A stretch of 64,000 bases of DNA from an uncultured delta proteobacterium (GTDB taxonomy: Bacteria > Myxococcota_A > Polyangia > Polyangiales > Polyangiaceae), in the NCBI GenBank assembly GCA_963841435.1, contig CAWJCS010000002.1, positions 160,001-224,000 on the forward strand, in the 5' to 3' direction. The notes beneath the pieces were generated by a model, which was not told the origin of the DNA, made no database searches, and was given only the letters and a program-made list of their open reading frames with translations. The translations under genes and the position numbers were made by a program. This document shows positions 11,501-22,302 of this stretch, piece after piece (within the stretch, counting starts at the first letter, position 1; every line of letters begins with the position of its first letter).

Positions 11501-13092
11501 TCGCGCTCGACGGAGCACCTCTCGACCTCGTCCCGGCGCTCGCCGAGATGGGGGTCGCCGGCAGCGTGAGCGGGCACGTGGCCCTCGTCGAAACGGACGA
11601 GCAGCCTCAGCTCATCGCGAGCATCAAGCTCGACGAGGGCGGCCTCGGAGGGACCGCCGTCGGCTCGGGTGAGCTCGACGTGCGCTCGGACGGCAAGACG
11701 GTCCGCGTCACGCTCGAGCTCGAGCGTGACGACTCGAAGCTCGACGCCGAGGGGCGCGCCGCGCTCGCGTGGGAGCGCCTGTGGCCGACGCTGGATCTCA
11801 CCCACCCGGCGCTCGCGACGGCGCGCATCGAGCATCTCGACGCGGGTATGCTGGCGCCGCTCGTCGGTGGAGCGCTCGCCGAGCTCGCGGGTCGGATCGA
11901 CGGCCAGCTGGATCTCGCGCTCACGCCGCGTACGAAGGGAGCGCCCGGCTACACCGGCAACGTCACGGGCAAGGTCTCGCTGCGCGATGGCGCGATGCGC
12001 GTCCGGGGGCTCGACATGCGCTTTACGGACATCAGTTTGGACGCGGAAGCGAAGCGCATGAACGGGCGCAACGTCATTGCGCTCCGCAACGTCTCCGCGG
12101 CCTCGCGTTCCCGCAAGCCGAATGTCTCGGCGGCCGCCGACCTCTACCTCGACGGCCTGACGCTGACGGGCGGACGCGCGAACGTCAACCTGAAGTCGGT
12201 GCCGTTCCTGCTCGAGGGCGTATCGCAGGCGACGCTCACGGGCAGCGCGAGCGTGGCGCTCGAGCAGCGCCCCGACATGATGCTCGTCAACGTCTCCGTA
12301 CCCGAGCTCACGGCAGAGCTGCCGAGCTCGACGGGGCGCAACGTCATCGCGCTCGATGACCACCCCGCCATCGAGATCGTGCAACCGCTCGCCGAGCCCA
12401 TGGAAAGCTCCGACGCCGAGGCACAGCGCTGGCAGCTCGTGTTTCAGCTCGGCAAGAAGGTTCGCGTCAAGCGCGCCGGGCTCGAAATCCCGCTGCACGG
12501 CACGCCCGTCCTCACGCTCGGCAAGGACGTGGACGTCACGGGTGACATCGAGCTCGAGCCCGGCGGCCGCGTCCAGCTGCTCGGCAAGGCGTTCAGCATC
12601 GAGTCCGGAGAAGTTCACTTCGATACGGGGGAGCCCTCGAACCCGCGCCTCCGGGTGCTCGCGCGCTGGCGCGCGCCGGACACGACGACCGTCTACGTCG
12701 AGGTCCGCGGCACGCTGCGCGAGGCGACGCTGCGATTCGAAAGCGACCCGCCTCGCTCCGAGGAGGACATCCAGGCCATGCTGCTCACCTACGGTATGGA
12801 CGTGGGGGCTGCCTTCGCCGACACGCCGCTGCAAGGCCTGCAGCTCGGCGCCGCAGCGGAAACGGGTCTCGACGATCGCACCTACGCGACGTACACGGCT
12901 GCCGTACAGATCAGCGACGAAATCTGGTTCGAAGGCAGCTACAAGGCATTCGGCGGGAATGGACTGGGCAGCGAATCCGAGAGCGGCGTGAGCGGGACGG
13001 TCAACTGGCGGTTTCGCCAGAACTGGTCGCTCCGCACCGAGATCGGCAACATCGGTACCGGCTTGGATCTCTCCTGGCAGTACCAATACTGA
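8578..13092 (+). CDS. TamB-like translocation and assembly module protein (AsmA/DUF490)
   Basis: 1504 aa, N-terminal membrane anchor, beta-rich, C-terminal DUF490-like 'GEVHFDTGEPSNPRL...FESDPPRSEEDI', ends 'WQYQY'; directly after the Omp85 gene. Confidence 0.88.
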   Translation: MNGRVRRTIVRGLVGLSALVLFVVASVGGLLLHLDLPPSRRLAATITARVLGSELRGSFEVAGIEELSPYGLRVERFDVRDPDGELVLRVQGLRARADLLGILRDALFDSGKLTIVIEHARVERARVLLLPVPGASEPTLAVAFTPRGPSTPGGRPVRVWLPAIELGRGHVSGRLAFAPSLEGRVSGVRGSVLVAPDGVAVDAPQFAASVRGLLAEELRAVGSFHQRGTTHFWSTLDGYVGEVQYNLSARLDGDHLSAKMSVPHAEPEAVRRLLPDWPLLETAAAEVEVVGDLPKLRVQGTAGVSGSRLRVQGDLDLAAGPRAVLAVEGERLDLRAVVADAPATRFDARSTLDLRNTDAGVVLEGEGTSEPTEIEGVPVPGTHFRAHYDKLGLSGVATLFEPGMPLEGTFRVEPSGTADFEAHAARFRVNRVPRVAAIVSARGALELRAKAHLEKGNLAASFSADVRDLVVGPLSGGSARASGTLEGPLKSPRRMHLDVKASGSELRLGALELGTSEARASGPLDRLVVSADFHAGSGAELTARTELSAWRGTHFTGVELTASRDQHRLRAIAAEVTVNGGAIDVRDARLEGAGGTLVASAKLRPGVLRLSLSGGGLDLDALAGVLGLTGESLGGKLNVAAEVEIEGQKRHGTLEVAVKDGRGGPLEGLNLDAKATLDNRSLSGEVSAAVADLGTGRASFELWLDGSPLEARSFSRATGRLDVGVERLELAALARLLPLTLPVRKLTGSVTAQLSLVRADPEARPELSLLAATSGLALEVPRGDREAPIAVHGIEAQLNGRVSGATGVAEGTLALVDQNGVLLVTHVRESGDPDHLPSTPAELVAELATRPVDISFRTDGRRLDELPDFIRPAKLSGVLSAELNVRGTLKAPVLFAKASLRGFTFGDGEKPFDACARAQYDPAERRIGVGGEAHLPSPSFTPCAGRAVALAEATGTANLPALARGERGFRGNADLALDGAPLDLVPALAEMGVAGSVSGHVALVETDEQPQLIASIKLDEGGLGGTAVGSGELDVRSDGKTVRVTLELERDDSKLDAEGRAALAWERLWPTLDLTHPALATARIEHLDAGMLAPLVGGALAELAGRIDGQLDLALTPRTKGAPGYTGNVTGKVSLRDGAMRVRGLDMRFTDISLDAEAKRMNGRNVIALRNVSAASRSRKPNVSAAADLYLDGLTLTGGRANVNLKSVPFLLEGVSQATLTGSASVALEQRPDMMLVNVSVPELTAELPSSTGRNVIALDDHPAIEIVQPLAEPMESSDAEAQRWQLVFQLGKKVRVKRAGLEIPLHGTPVLTLGKDVDVTGDIELEPGGRVQLLGKAFSIESGEVHFDTGEPSNPRLRVLARWRAPDTTTVYVEVRGTLREATLRFESDPPRSEEDIQAMLLTYGMDVGAAFADTPLQGLQLGAAAETGLDDRTYATYTAAVQISDEIWFEGSYKAFGGNGLGSESESGVSGTVNWRFRQNWSLRTEIGNIGTGLDLSWQYQY

Positions 13093-13190
13093 GGCGTGCC
13101 ACCGATCGGACACTTTGCCGACACGGCTCGGTGTGCCGCGGCCCCGCACCTGCTTTCCACCCGTTCGGCACGCGTGGTAGCGTTTTTCCC

Positions 13191-13664
13191 ATGGGTGACG
13201 CGACTCCGGTCAAGGAGCAAACGGCGGTCGAGCCCGCGCCCGTGGCCCGGGGCAACGTGCGCCTCGCGATCGTGCTCCGCGGGCTCTTCATCGCGTGCGG
13301 CGCGGCGTTGCTCGTCGGGTTCTTCTTGCCCTGGGTCAAGGTCGGCGCGATGCTCACGGTGAGCGGTCTCGGTCTGAGCCTCGCGCAAGGCGACATGGTC
13401 GGCATGGTGGCGGGCAACAGCGGCTTTCTGCTCTTCGCGATCCCGACCTTGGGGGTCGTGTTGATCGCCGGCGCGCTGCTCGGCCATCGGTTCACTTCGT
13501 GGCTCGCCGTGGGCGGCGCCACGATGATTCTCGGATTCGGTTTCTACACGGTGCTCAGGTTTTTCCTACAAAGCACCGGGTTTGGGATGTGGGTCGTCGT
13601 GCTCGCGACGCTCCTCGCGCTGACGGGCGGGCTGCTCGGCGTCGGGCGCTCCGCGTCGTCGTGA
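13191..13664 (+). CDS. Small integral membrane protein (about 4 TM), unknown function
   Basis: Four hydrophobic stretches, 'VGFFLPWV' motif. Confidence 0.75.
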   Translation: MGDATPVKEQTAVEPAPVARGNVRLAIVLRGLFIACGAALLVGFFLPWVKVGAMLTVSGLGLSLAQGDMVGMVAGNSGFLLFAIPTLGVVLIAGALLGHRFTSWLAVGGATMILGFGFYTVLRFFLQSTGFGMWVVVLATLLALTGGLLGVGRSASS

Positions 13665-13876
13665 AGCTCAGAACTTCACTCCGCCCCCGAAGTAAAGCGA
13701 GAGCTCGTGCGTGATGAGCCGGGCCGGGCCGATGCCGAGCGCCCCGCTCGTCGGGTTGACACGAGGCCGTTGTAAGGACCGTTCCCGTAGGAGGTCACGG
13801 GCCTATCCTCGTCGAAGGGCTCGCGCCTCACAAGCCTCGGAGGCCGGCCCGCGGCGTCGCGCTAGAAGCGCACGAA

Positions 13877-13900
13877 GAAGTCGAAGTCGAAGTCGAAGTT
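13877..13900. repeat. Intergenic hexamer tandem repeat (GAAGTC)x3 + GAAGTT
   Basis: Read directly from the sequence. Confidence 0.8.
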
Positions 13901-14051
13901 GACGATCAAGCCTCGGTCGTTGCCGCGCGTCCCCGCGCCGTCGAAGTGTGTGCCTGGTCCGTGCGAGGGATGAGCTTTACGAGGCCTCGCGAGGCTGTTA
14001 CCGGTCGCGTGTCGGGCGACGCGAAGTCGTTCGAACGTCGGAGGTCGAAGG

Positions 14052-16163
14052 ATGCCGTATCATCGCTGGGTTTCGTTTGCCTTGTTGACCTGCCTCGGCG
14101 CGTGCCAAAAAAATGCGCCACAGGTTCCGCCACCGCGCGCCGCGCTTGCCGAGCCCGAGGCCAAGGTGGCGCCGGCGCCCGCCGGGCCGAAGCCCGAGCT
14201 TGGCACGTTCGGCATCGAGCTCGAAAATCGTGACGGAAGCGTTCGCCCCGGTGACGACTTCTACCGCAGCGTGAACGGACATTGGCTCGCGACGTATCAG
14301 CTCAAGCCCGACGAGATGCGCTACGGCGCGTTCATCAAGCTGCAATATCGAGCGGAAGATCAGGTCAAGGCAATCCTCGACGAGCTGTCCCAGAAGCCGG
14401 CGGTGCCGGGGAGCATCGAGCAGCAGATCAGTGACTTTTACGCGAGCTTCATGGACCGTGCAGCGCTCGAGGCCAAGGGTATCGCCGCGCTCGGGCCCGA
14501 GCTTTCGGCCATCGCGGCGATCCGTGACGAGAAGGGCCTCGTCGAGGCCTTCGGGCGCGCGGACATGATGGGCTCGAACGCGCCGTTCGGCGCCGGCGTG
14601 GAGGTCGATCGCCGAAACCCCGATCGCTACATGCTGAACGTCGCGCAGGCCGGGCTCGGCCTGCCCGATCGTTCATTTTACCTCGAGGACGCTTTCGCCA
14701 AGGTGCGCTCGGCTTACGAGGCTCACATCGCGACCATGCTCGGTTTCACCGGCCTCGACGAGGCCCGAGCAAAGCGCGCCGCGGCCGCCATCCTGAAGCT
14801 CGAGACGAGCATCGCGGAGAAGCACTGGCCCCGTACCGAGCTCCGCGACAGCGACAAGACGAACAACGTCTTCACGCTTTCGGACTTCGAGGCGAAGTTC
14901 CCAGGCTTTGCCTGGCGCCGGTACTTCGAGGCGATGGACATCGACGCTACGAAGCTAAAAGAGCTCAATGTCTTTACCCCGAGCGCGCTCGTCCCTCTGG
15001 CGAAAATCGTGAGGAAGACGCCGCTTTCCACCTGGAAGCAGTACCTCACGTTCCACCTGGTCGAGAATCACGCGCCGCTGCTCGGTGACACCATCGACGA
15101 CGCGAGCTTCTCCTTCCGCGGCAAGGTGCTGCTCGGCCAGCCCGAACAGCGCGAGCGTTACAAGCGCGCGGTCAACCTCGTCGGTGGCATGCACTCGCTC
15201 GGCGAAGCCATCGGCAAGCTGTACGTCGCGCGTCACTTCCCGCCCGAGTCGGCGGCCGTGATGAACGAGCTGGTCGGCAACCTGAGGGGCGCTTTCGAGG
15301 AACGCATCGAGGCCCTCTCGTGGATGGGGCCCGAGACGAAGAAGCAAGCGCTCGCGAAGCTCGCGACCTTCAATCCGAAGGTCGGTTACCCGAAGAAGTG
15401 GCGTGATTTTTCGGGCATCACCATCGTGCCGAACGACCTCATGGCCAACTATCGCGCCGTCACCAAGTACTGGCACGACGACGAGGTGGGTCGACTCGAC
15501 AAGCCCACGGATCGCGACGAATGGCAGATGACGCCGCAGACGATCAACGCGTACTACAATCCGCCCTTCAACGAGGTCGTCTTCCCAGCGGCCATTCTGC
15601 AGCCGCCGTTCTTCGATCCGCACGCCGACCCCGCGGTGAACTACGGAGCGATCGGCGCGGTGATTGGCCACGAAATGGGGCATGGCTTCGACGACCAGGG
15701 TTCGAAGTACGACTCCCGCGGCGTACAGCGAAACTGGTGGACCGAACAGGATCGCGCGCGCTTCGACGCGCTCACCCAGTCGCTCGTCAAGCAATACGAT
15801 GCCTTCGAGCCGCTGCCGGGGCAGCACATCAACGGCCAGCTCACGCTCGGCGAGAACATCGGCGACCTCGGCGGCCTCTCGGTGGCTCTTTCCGCGTACG
15901 AGAAGTCGCTCGGCGGCAAACCCGCCCCCGTGATCGACGGTTTCACGGGCACGCAGCGCTTCTTCATGTCGTTCGGCCAGCTCTGGGCGACGAAGGCGCG
16001 CGACGAATTCCTGCTCACCACACTGAAGTCCGACCCGCACAGCCCCGGTGAGTTCCGCGTCAACGGGGTCGTCAGAAACATGGGCGCCTGGTACGACGCC
16101 TTCGGGGTGACGCAGGGCGACAAGCTCTTCCTCTCACCCGCCGAACGAGTCACCATCTGGTGA
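14052..16163 (+). CDS. M13 family zinc metalloendopeptidase (neprilysin/PepO-like), lipoprotein
   Basis: Lipobox LGAC; 'PGDDFYRSVNG', 'INAYY', HEMGH, 'GENIGD', 'DPHSPGEFR'. Confidence 0.97.
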   Translation: MPYHRWVSFALLTCLGACQKNAPQVPPPRAALAEPEAKVAPAPAGPKPELGTFGIELENRDGSVRPGDDFYRSVNGHWLATYQLKPDEMRYGAFIKLQYRAEDQVKAILDELSQKPAVPGSIEQQISDFYASFMDRAALEAKGIAALGPELSAIAAIRDEKGLVEAFGRADMMGSNAPFGAGVEVDRRNPDRYMLNVAQAGLGLPDRSFYLEDAFAKVRSAYEAHIATMLGFTGLDEARAKRAAAAILKLETSIAEKHWPRTELRDSDKTNNVFTLSDFEAKFPGFAWRRYFEAMDIDATKLKELNVFTPSALVPLAKIVRKTPLSTWKQYLTFHLVENHAPLLGDTIDDASFSFRGKVLLGQPEQRERYKRAVNLVGGMHSLGEAIGKLYVARHFPPESAAVMNELVGNLRGAFEERIEALSWMGPETKKQALAKLATFNPKVGYPKKWRDFSGITIVPNDLMANYRAVTKYWHDDEVGRLDKPTDRDEWQMTPQTINAYYNPPFNEVVFPAAILQPPFFDPHADPAVNYGAIGAVIGHEMGHGFDDQGSKYDSRGVQRNWWTEQDRARFDALTQSLVKQYDAFEPLPGQHINGQLTLGENIGDLGGLSVALSAYEKSLGGKPAPVIDGFTGTQRFFMSFGQLWATKARDEFLLTTLKSDPHSPGEFRVNGVVRNMGAWYDAFGVTQGDKLFLSPAERVTIW

Positions 16164-16342
16164 CACGGGGCGCGCCGCCGGCGCCCGCGCCCAGCCCGCC
16201 CGTTTCGGACCGCGAGCGTCTTCTTGCCGACGCACCCCTCCCGTGAGCGTGCCGAGGACCTCGCCGCGCCCTGTCAGAATCCGTTACTTGATTCGGGTGC
16301 TGCGTTCTGCAAGCGTCGGACCGTCCCCGGGTTTGAAAGACG

Positions 16343-18203
16343 ATGAGGACACGCGCCAGCACGATTGAGAGCGCTCGGACGGTTTCGAGCATGCCCGCTG
16401 CTGCGGACCGCTCGAGCAACGAGCCGCCGCCCTTGATCCCAGGCTACGAGATCGAGTGCGAGATCGGACGGGGCGGCATGGGCGTCGTCTACCGCGCCGT
16501 ACACAGCAGCCTCGGGCGCCGTGTGGCGATCAAGATGATCCTCGCCGGCAACTCGCAAGGTGAAGAGCGCGAGCGCTTCATCAGTGAGGCGGAAGCCGTC
16601 GCGCGCCTCAAGCACCCGAACATCGTGCAGATTTACGAGATCGGCGAAGTGGAGGGTCGCCCCTATTTTTCCCTCGAGTACGTCGAGGGCGGCAGCGTCG
16701 AGGATCTGTTCGGGGGCAAGCCCATGGCGTGGCGTGCCGCTGCGAAGCTCGTGACGGAGCTCGCACGCGCCGTCCAGGCCGCTCACGAGCAAGGCATCGT
16801 GCATCGCGACCTCAAGCCGGCCAACGTGCTGCTCGACAGCGACGGTACGCCCAAGATCACCGATTTCGGCATCGCGAAACGGCTCGACGCCGTGAGGCAA
16901 ACCCAGACGGGTAAGATCCTCGGCACGCCTTGCTACATGTCGCCGGAGCAGGCTCTCGGGCGCGGTGACCTCGTGGGGCCGGGCGCCGACATCTATGCCC
17001 TCGGTGCCATCCTCTACGACGCGCTCACGGGGCGGCCGCCGTTCGAGGCCGACAACACGCTCGACACCATCATGCAGGCCGTTTTGCGCGAGCCGGTCTC
17101 GCCGCGCGCGCTGCAGTCGAACGGTGCCCCGTGACCTCAACGTCATTTGCCTGAAATGCCTCGAAAAGAAGCCCGAAAAGCGTTACGCGACGGCGGCCGA
17201 GCTCGCCGACGACCTCGACCGGCTCTTGGGCAACGAGCCGATCCTCGCGCGACCCGCCGGTCGGCTCGAGCGGGCGCAACGCTGGGCGCGCCGCAATCCT
17301 GCCTGGGCAACGCTCGCGCTCGTTTCGGCGATGGGGCTGATCGGCCTGCTCGCGACCTGGGCGGCCTTCACGCGCGAGCTTTCGCGCGAGCTCAAACTGA
17401 CCGAGCTCGCGCGGCGCGAGGCGACGGCCGCGGAGGGTGAGCTTCGCAACCGCGCGCTTGCCAACAAGGCGGCGAGCGTCGACAGCGACCTGCGCCAGCT
17501 CGCCGGGGTGCCGCGTGTCGTGGCCGCTGCGCTCGCGGGGCGAAAGGACTGGAGCGAGGCGCAGCTCGAAACGTGGCTTCGCCGCGAGCTCCACGACGAG
17601 CCGCACATTTTCGGCATGGCCGTCGCGTTCGAGCCCGCGGCGTTTCGTCCCGACGTATCGGACTTCTGCCTGTACGTCTTTCGCGGCGAAAGGGGCGTAG
17701 AGGCGAAGCAGCTCTTGCCGCCGGGGTACACGCCGATCTATCGCGAATGGGACTGGTATCGGGGTGCGATCGATCAGGGGAGCTTTTCCGAGCCGTACGT
17801 CAACGAGGGCGGCGGCAACATCCCGATGGTCACCTTCTCGATGCCTTTCTTCCGCGACCGCAGGCGCGCCGGCGTCGTCACCGCCGATCTGTCGCTCGAC
17901 TACTTCCACGCTCTCGACGAGGCCGTCCGGTCTTCGCGCTTCGGCGGAAAATCGTACGCTCTGATGGTGAGCGCGGCCGGAACGGTCCTGAGCCACCCGG
18001 AGGCTCGGTTGCGCTTCCCGGCACCCGGGTCGCGCCCCGAGCTACCCGCCGACCCCGGAGGTCGTGCGCTCTGGACGCGGATCCTCGCGGGCGAGACCGG
18101 TTCGGGTCGAGGGAGCGACCTCGCGACCGGAGCGCCCGCGGAGCTGTCGTTCGCGCCGGTTCCCACGGCCCGCTGGTCTCTGGTCGTCGCCGTTCCCCCC
18201 TGA
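16343..18203 (+). CDS. Hanks-type Ser/Thr protein kinase with one TM and a C-terminal dCache-like sensor domain; +1 frameshift at about 17120; start may be 16391
   Basis: GRGGMG, VAIK, HRDLKPAN, DFG, YMSPE; continues in the next frame as 'PRDLNVICLKCLEK'; TM 'WATLALVSAMGLIGLLATW'; Cache motifs 'DWY...SEPYxxEGG...VTADLSL...WSLVVAVP'. Confidence 0.9.
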
Positions 18204-18487
18204 ATTCGCGCGCGAGCCGGGGCGCGTTGCTCGACAACTTCGAATGGGCCGGAGGGGGTACCGGCCTCGTTTCGGGCTCTATGCCGTCGACTACGCGACC
18301 GAGCGCCGCACTTTGCGGCCGAGCGGCGAGCTTACCGGGCGATTGCCCGCGAGCGTCGTGTCAACTGAGCGCGCCCCGGACTTCCGGTCGAGCACGGCGG
18401 ACGCGCGGTTCTTCCGCTTTTTGGCTGCCGGATGCACACGTTGGGCTGCGCAGGCGGCGAGAGGAGCCTGCCGAAGGAGACCAAACG

Positions 18488-18922
18488 ATGTCGATGGACG
18501 AGCACTTTTCGGGACGTTGTTTTTGTGGAGCCGTGGAGGTTCGAGTCACGGGCAAACCGGCCGCCGTGGGCTTTTGCCACTGCGAATCCTGCCGCCTTTG
18601 GTCGGCATCCCCCGTGAACGCCTTCACCCTCTGGCCGCCGACGGCGGTCTCCGTCACACGCGGAGCGGAGCATGTCGCTGGGTTTCAGAAGACGGAGCGC
18701 AGCGTTCGCAAGTGGTGCAAGCTCTGCGGCGGGCACCTCTTCACGGAGCACCCCACGTGGGGCGTGACCGACGTGTATGCGGCCTTGATTCCAACCCTCG
18801 CCCTTTCGCCGATGCTGCACGTGAACTACCAGGAGGCCGTGCTCCACGTTCACGACGGCCTCCCCAAGCAACGCGACATGCCTGCGGAGATGGGCGGCTC
18901 GGGCAGGCTGATGGCCGAATAG
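18488..18922 (+). CDS. GFA (CENP-V / glutathione-dependent formaldehyde-activating) family protein
   Basis: GRCFCGAV, CHCESCR, WCKLCG motifs; AAGGAGA RBS upstream. Confidence 0.93.
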   Translation: MSMDEHFSGRCFCGAVEVRVTGKPAAVGFCHCESCRLWSASPVNAFTLWPPTAVSVTRGAEHVAGFQKTERSVRKWCKLCGGHLFTEHPTWGVTDVYAALIPTLALSPMLHVNYQEAVLHVHDGLPKQRDMPAEMGGSGRLMAE

Positions 18923-18959
18923 CGTGCGCCTAGCGGCGGCGGGGGACGGCTCCGCGAGC

Positions 18960-19963
18960 TCAGCGCTCGGCGAAGCCGTCCGGTGGGGGCGCCGTGGTGC
19001 CGCGCTCGCCGCGCCGAAAGCCCGCCGGCGCCACGCCGACCCAGCGCTTGAACGCGCGGCCGAGCGCCGTTTCGGAGCCGTAGCCGACGCGCTCGGCAAT
19101 CTCCGCAACGCTGAGCTCGGTCGTCGAGAGCAGCGTCGCGGCGAGCTGAACGCGCCAGCGCGCGAGGTACTTTATCGGGGGAATGCCGGTGAAGTGCGCG
19201 AAGCGCTCGGCGAGCACCGAACGCGACACGCCCACGGCCTGCGCGAGCTCTTCGAGGGTCCAATCGTGCGTCGGGCGCTCGTGCAGCTTGGCAAGCGCCC
19301 GCCCCACGCTTTCGTCGCGCAGCCCCGCGAGCCATCCGCCCTGCTCCGGCCGCAGTCGTTCGGTGTGCTGGCGCACGACCTCGACGAACAGGAGCTCACT
19401 GAGGCGCGACAGCACCGTCAAGCCACCCGCGCGCGGCGCCTCCGACTCGCGGAGGGCAAGCTTTAGCAGCTCGTCGACGACGCTGTCGCTCGTGGCGCGC
19501 GGCATGTGGATCGTCCTCGGTAAGCTCGCGAGCAATGGATTGAAGGGTCCGCGATCGAAGCCGAGAAAACCGCAGATGAAGCGGGTGCGCTCGGGCCCGC
19601 CGCCACCCCTGCGGATCGTGACCGGCAGGCGTTGATTGCGGGCCGTGCCCACGAACGTCATCGGCGACGCTGGCGCGCATGCCCGGTGCGCTCGAGATCA
19701 CGTGGGGGTCGCCCTGGGGGAAGCAGAATCACGTCCCCCGGCTCGAGCCGAATCGGTGTCTCGTCGAGGCGCCCTCCCCAGCATGCCCCCTCGACGATGG
19801 CGTGATACTCGATGACGTGCTCGAGCCCGGGCATGATGTGTGGCCCGACCTCGCGCGCGTCGGGCGTGTCGGCAACCCAGGGGGCGGAGGCATCGACCGC
19901 GAAGAAGACGGCGCCCGTGAGTCGCACGGCGCGGAGCACTTCCGACAATGTGTCGCTGCTCAT
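18960..19963 (-). CDS. AraC family regulator with N-terminal Cupin_6 domain; frameshift at about 19720
   Basis: 'DTLSEVLRAVRLTGAVFF' N-terminus; 'WTLEELAQAVGVSRSVLAERF', 'VGYGSETALGRAFKR'. Confidence 0.9.
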
Positions 19964-20158
19964 ACTCCGGACCCATCTCGTATTCCGACCCCGGTTGCCC
20001 GGCAAGGTCTTCGGTTCCGGCAACAGCTCGACCACCTGGCCGCTCGCTTCGGGCACTGTCCGGAGTCGCCCACGGCCCCCCGAGTTCGCCGAGACGCGCA
20101 TCACCGAGGAGGACTGCCGTTCCCACGCCCGCGCCGATGGGCCTAACATCGCGCGAGC

Positions 20159-21803
20159 GTGCCCCGAGCTCCCGAGCGGCGACGACGGACGGTATCGCGC
20201 GTTCTTCGTGGCGTGGCGCTCGGTGCAAGCTACGTTCTCGTGGCCCGCATCGGGCTCAGCCTCGACGCCGTGGGTGGCCTCGCGACGCTCGTGTGGCCGT
20301 CAACCGGGCTCGCCCTCGCCGCTCTCGTCGTGCTCGGTCGCTGGGCGTGGCCGGGGATCGCCCTCGGCGCGCTTTTCGTCAACCTCTGGGTCGGCGCGCC
20401 GCCGGCCGTTGCGGTCGGCATCGCGGCGGGCAATACGCTCGAGGCGCTGCTCGGCGCCTACGCGCTCTCGCGCGTCGGATTCGAGCGCTCGCTCCAGACC
20501 TTGCGGAGCGCCATCGCCTTGATCGCGCTCGCGGCGCTCGGGAGCACGCTCGTGAGCGCCAGCATCGGCACGCTCAGCATGACGCTGGGTGGCGTCGTGC
20601 CGCCGGCCCGTCTCGGAAGCGCGTGGCTCGCGTGGTGGCTCGGCAACGTCATCGGGGACCTGATCGTCGCGCCTTTTCTGCTCACGCTCAGCGTCCCGGC
20701 GCCGCGCTGGACGCGCGGTCGCGTGGCGGAGAGTGCGCTCATGATCGCATTGCTCGGCGTGCTCGGCGCGCTCGTTTTCGGGCAGCAGCCTGGCGCCGCG
20801 ATCGGTCCCCTGCGGCAGCCTCACATGGTGATACCCCTTCTGCTGTGGGCGGCGTTGCGTTTCGGGCCCCGCGGCGCGAGCGGCGCGACGTTGCTCACGA
20901 GCGTCGTCGCCATCACGGGCACGGCGCTCGGGCGGGGCCCACTGCCAGGTGCGACGCTCTACGAGCAGCTCCTCGGCCTCCAGGGCTTCATGGCGATGGC
21001 GGCCTGCACGACCTTGACGCTGTCGGCCGTGGTCGCGGAGCGCCGGGCTCTGCTCGTCCAGGAGCAATCGCTGAGGACCGCGGCCGAGCGCGCCGTCCGC
21101 GTGCGCGACGAGTTTCTCGCGATCGCCTCGCACGAGCTGAGGACGCCGCTCACCCCGCTCAAGCTGCAGCTCGACGGACTGGTTCGTGCGCTCGGCGACG
21201 CCGACGCTCGCATCCGGAGCCGCATGGAGAGCGCGCTCCGGCAGACCGACAATCTCATCGTGCTGGCAGAGCGGTTACTCGACGTTACTCGGATTGCCGC
21301 CGGCCGGCTCGATCTCGAGATCGAGCGCGTCAACCTCGCGGAGCTCGTCGCCGAGGTCGTCGATCAGCACCGCGACGCGGCAGCCAAGGCCGAAAGCACG
21401 CTGACGCTCAGCGGGCCCGCTTTTGCCGTTGGAGCCCTCGACCGCACGCGCGTGGCTCAGGCGCTCGCGAACCTGCTCTCGAACGCCGTCAGATACGGCC
21501 GTGGAAAGCCCGTCGAGATCGTCCTCGGCCAGACCGAGGATGCTTTCGACATTTCCGTGCGTGACTCCGGCGTCGGCATCCCCAGGGAGGCACTTGGCCG
21601 CATTTTCGAGCGTTTCGAACGTGCGGCGTCGGCGAAAGAGCACGGCGGGCTCGGTCTCGGGCTCTACCTGGCGCGCGAGAATCGCCCTCGCGCATGGCGG
21701 AGCCATCGACGTGACGAGCACGCCCGGTACGGGCTCCACCTTCGTCCTTAGCTTGCCGCGTCGTGCCTCGGCTGGCCCCGCGGCGGACCGGCCGTCGAGG
21801 TGA
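20159..21803 (+). CDS. MASE1-domain sensor histidine kinase; +1 frameshift at about 21680; start uncertain
   Basis: MASE1 motifs 'VWPSTGLA', 'WWLGNVIG', 'LWAALRFG'; H-box 'SHELRTPL', N-box 'NLLSNAVRY', 'DSGVGI', 'GLGLGLY'; tail 'AHGGAIDVTSTPGTGSTF' in the shifted frame. Confidence 0.92.
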
Positions 21804-21848
21804 CACCCATGGGTCCGACGGTCCTCGTCTGCGACGCTGCCCCGCCCC

Positions 21849-22289
21849 TCAGGCCGCCCCGAGAACGTTCGCCAGAGTCGTCCTCAGGTCGTCGAAGTCG
21901 AGCGGTTTCTTCATCACGGCGACGCTGCCGAGCGCCCGCGCTACCCGGTAGGTGCGCGCATCGCCGAAGCCCGTCACAACCACGACCTTCGTCGAACCGA
22001 GGTGGCGTCGCAAGGCGGTGAGCACGTCGATGCCGCTGAACCCCGGCATCACGATGTCCGTCACGATGGCGTCGTAGGGGGCTACCGGTGGCGAGGTGGC
22101 GTAGGGAGCGAGCAGCTCCAAGAGCTCGCAGCCGTCGCGTGCTTCTACGACCGAGCAACCGTCTTCCGCCAAGGTGGACGCGAGCGCGGCGCGGAAGTCG
22201 TCGTCGTCGTCCGCGAGCAGGACCCTCGGAACCCGCTCGTGCAGCAAGCGACCCCGGACTCCGAAAACGGTGGGGTGTTTCGGTGGCAT
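21849..22289 (-). CDS. Stand-alone response regulator (CheY-like receiver)
   Basis: 'VLLADDDDD', phospho-Asp in 'IVTDIVMPGFSG', 'VVVTG', 'KKPLD'; start placed downstream of the sigma-54 promoter. Confidence 0.85.
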   Translation of the reverse strand: MPPKHPTVFGVRGRLLHERVPRVLLADDDDDFRAALASTLAEDGCSVVEARDGCELLELLAPYATSPPVAPYDAIVTDIVMPGFSGIDVLTALRRHLGSTKVVVVTGFGDARTYRVARALGSVAVMKKPLDFDDLRTTLANVLGAA

Positions 22290-22302
22290 GGGGTTTCTCG
22301 AG

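Noticed and set aside
9463-13149. 1228-aa minus-strand ORF
   Set aside because: Antisense shadow of the TamB-like gene; long shadow frames are expected at this GC content and no motifs are recognisable
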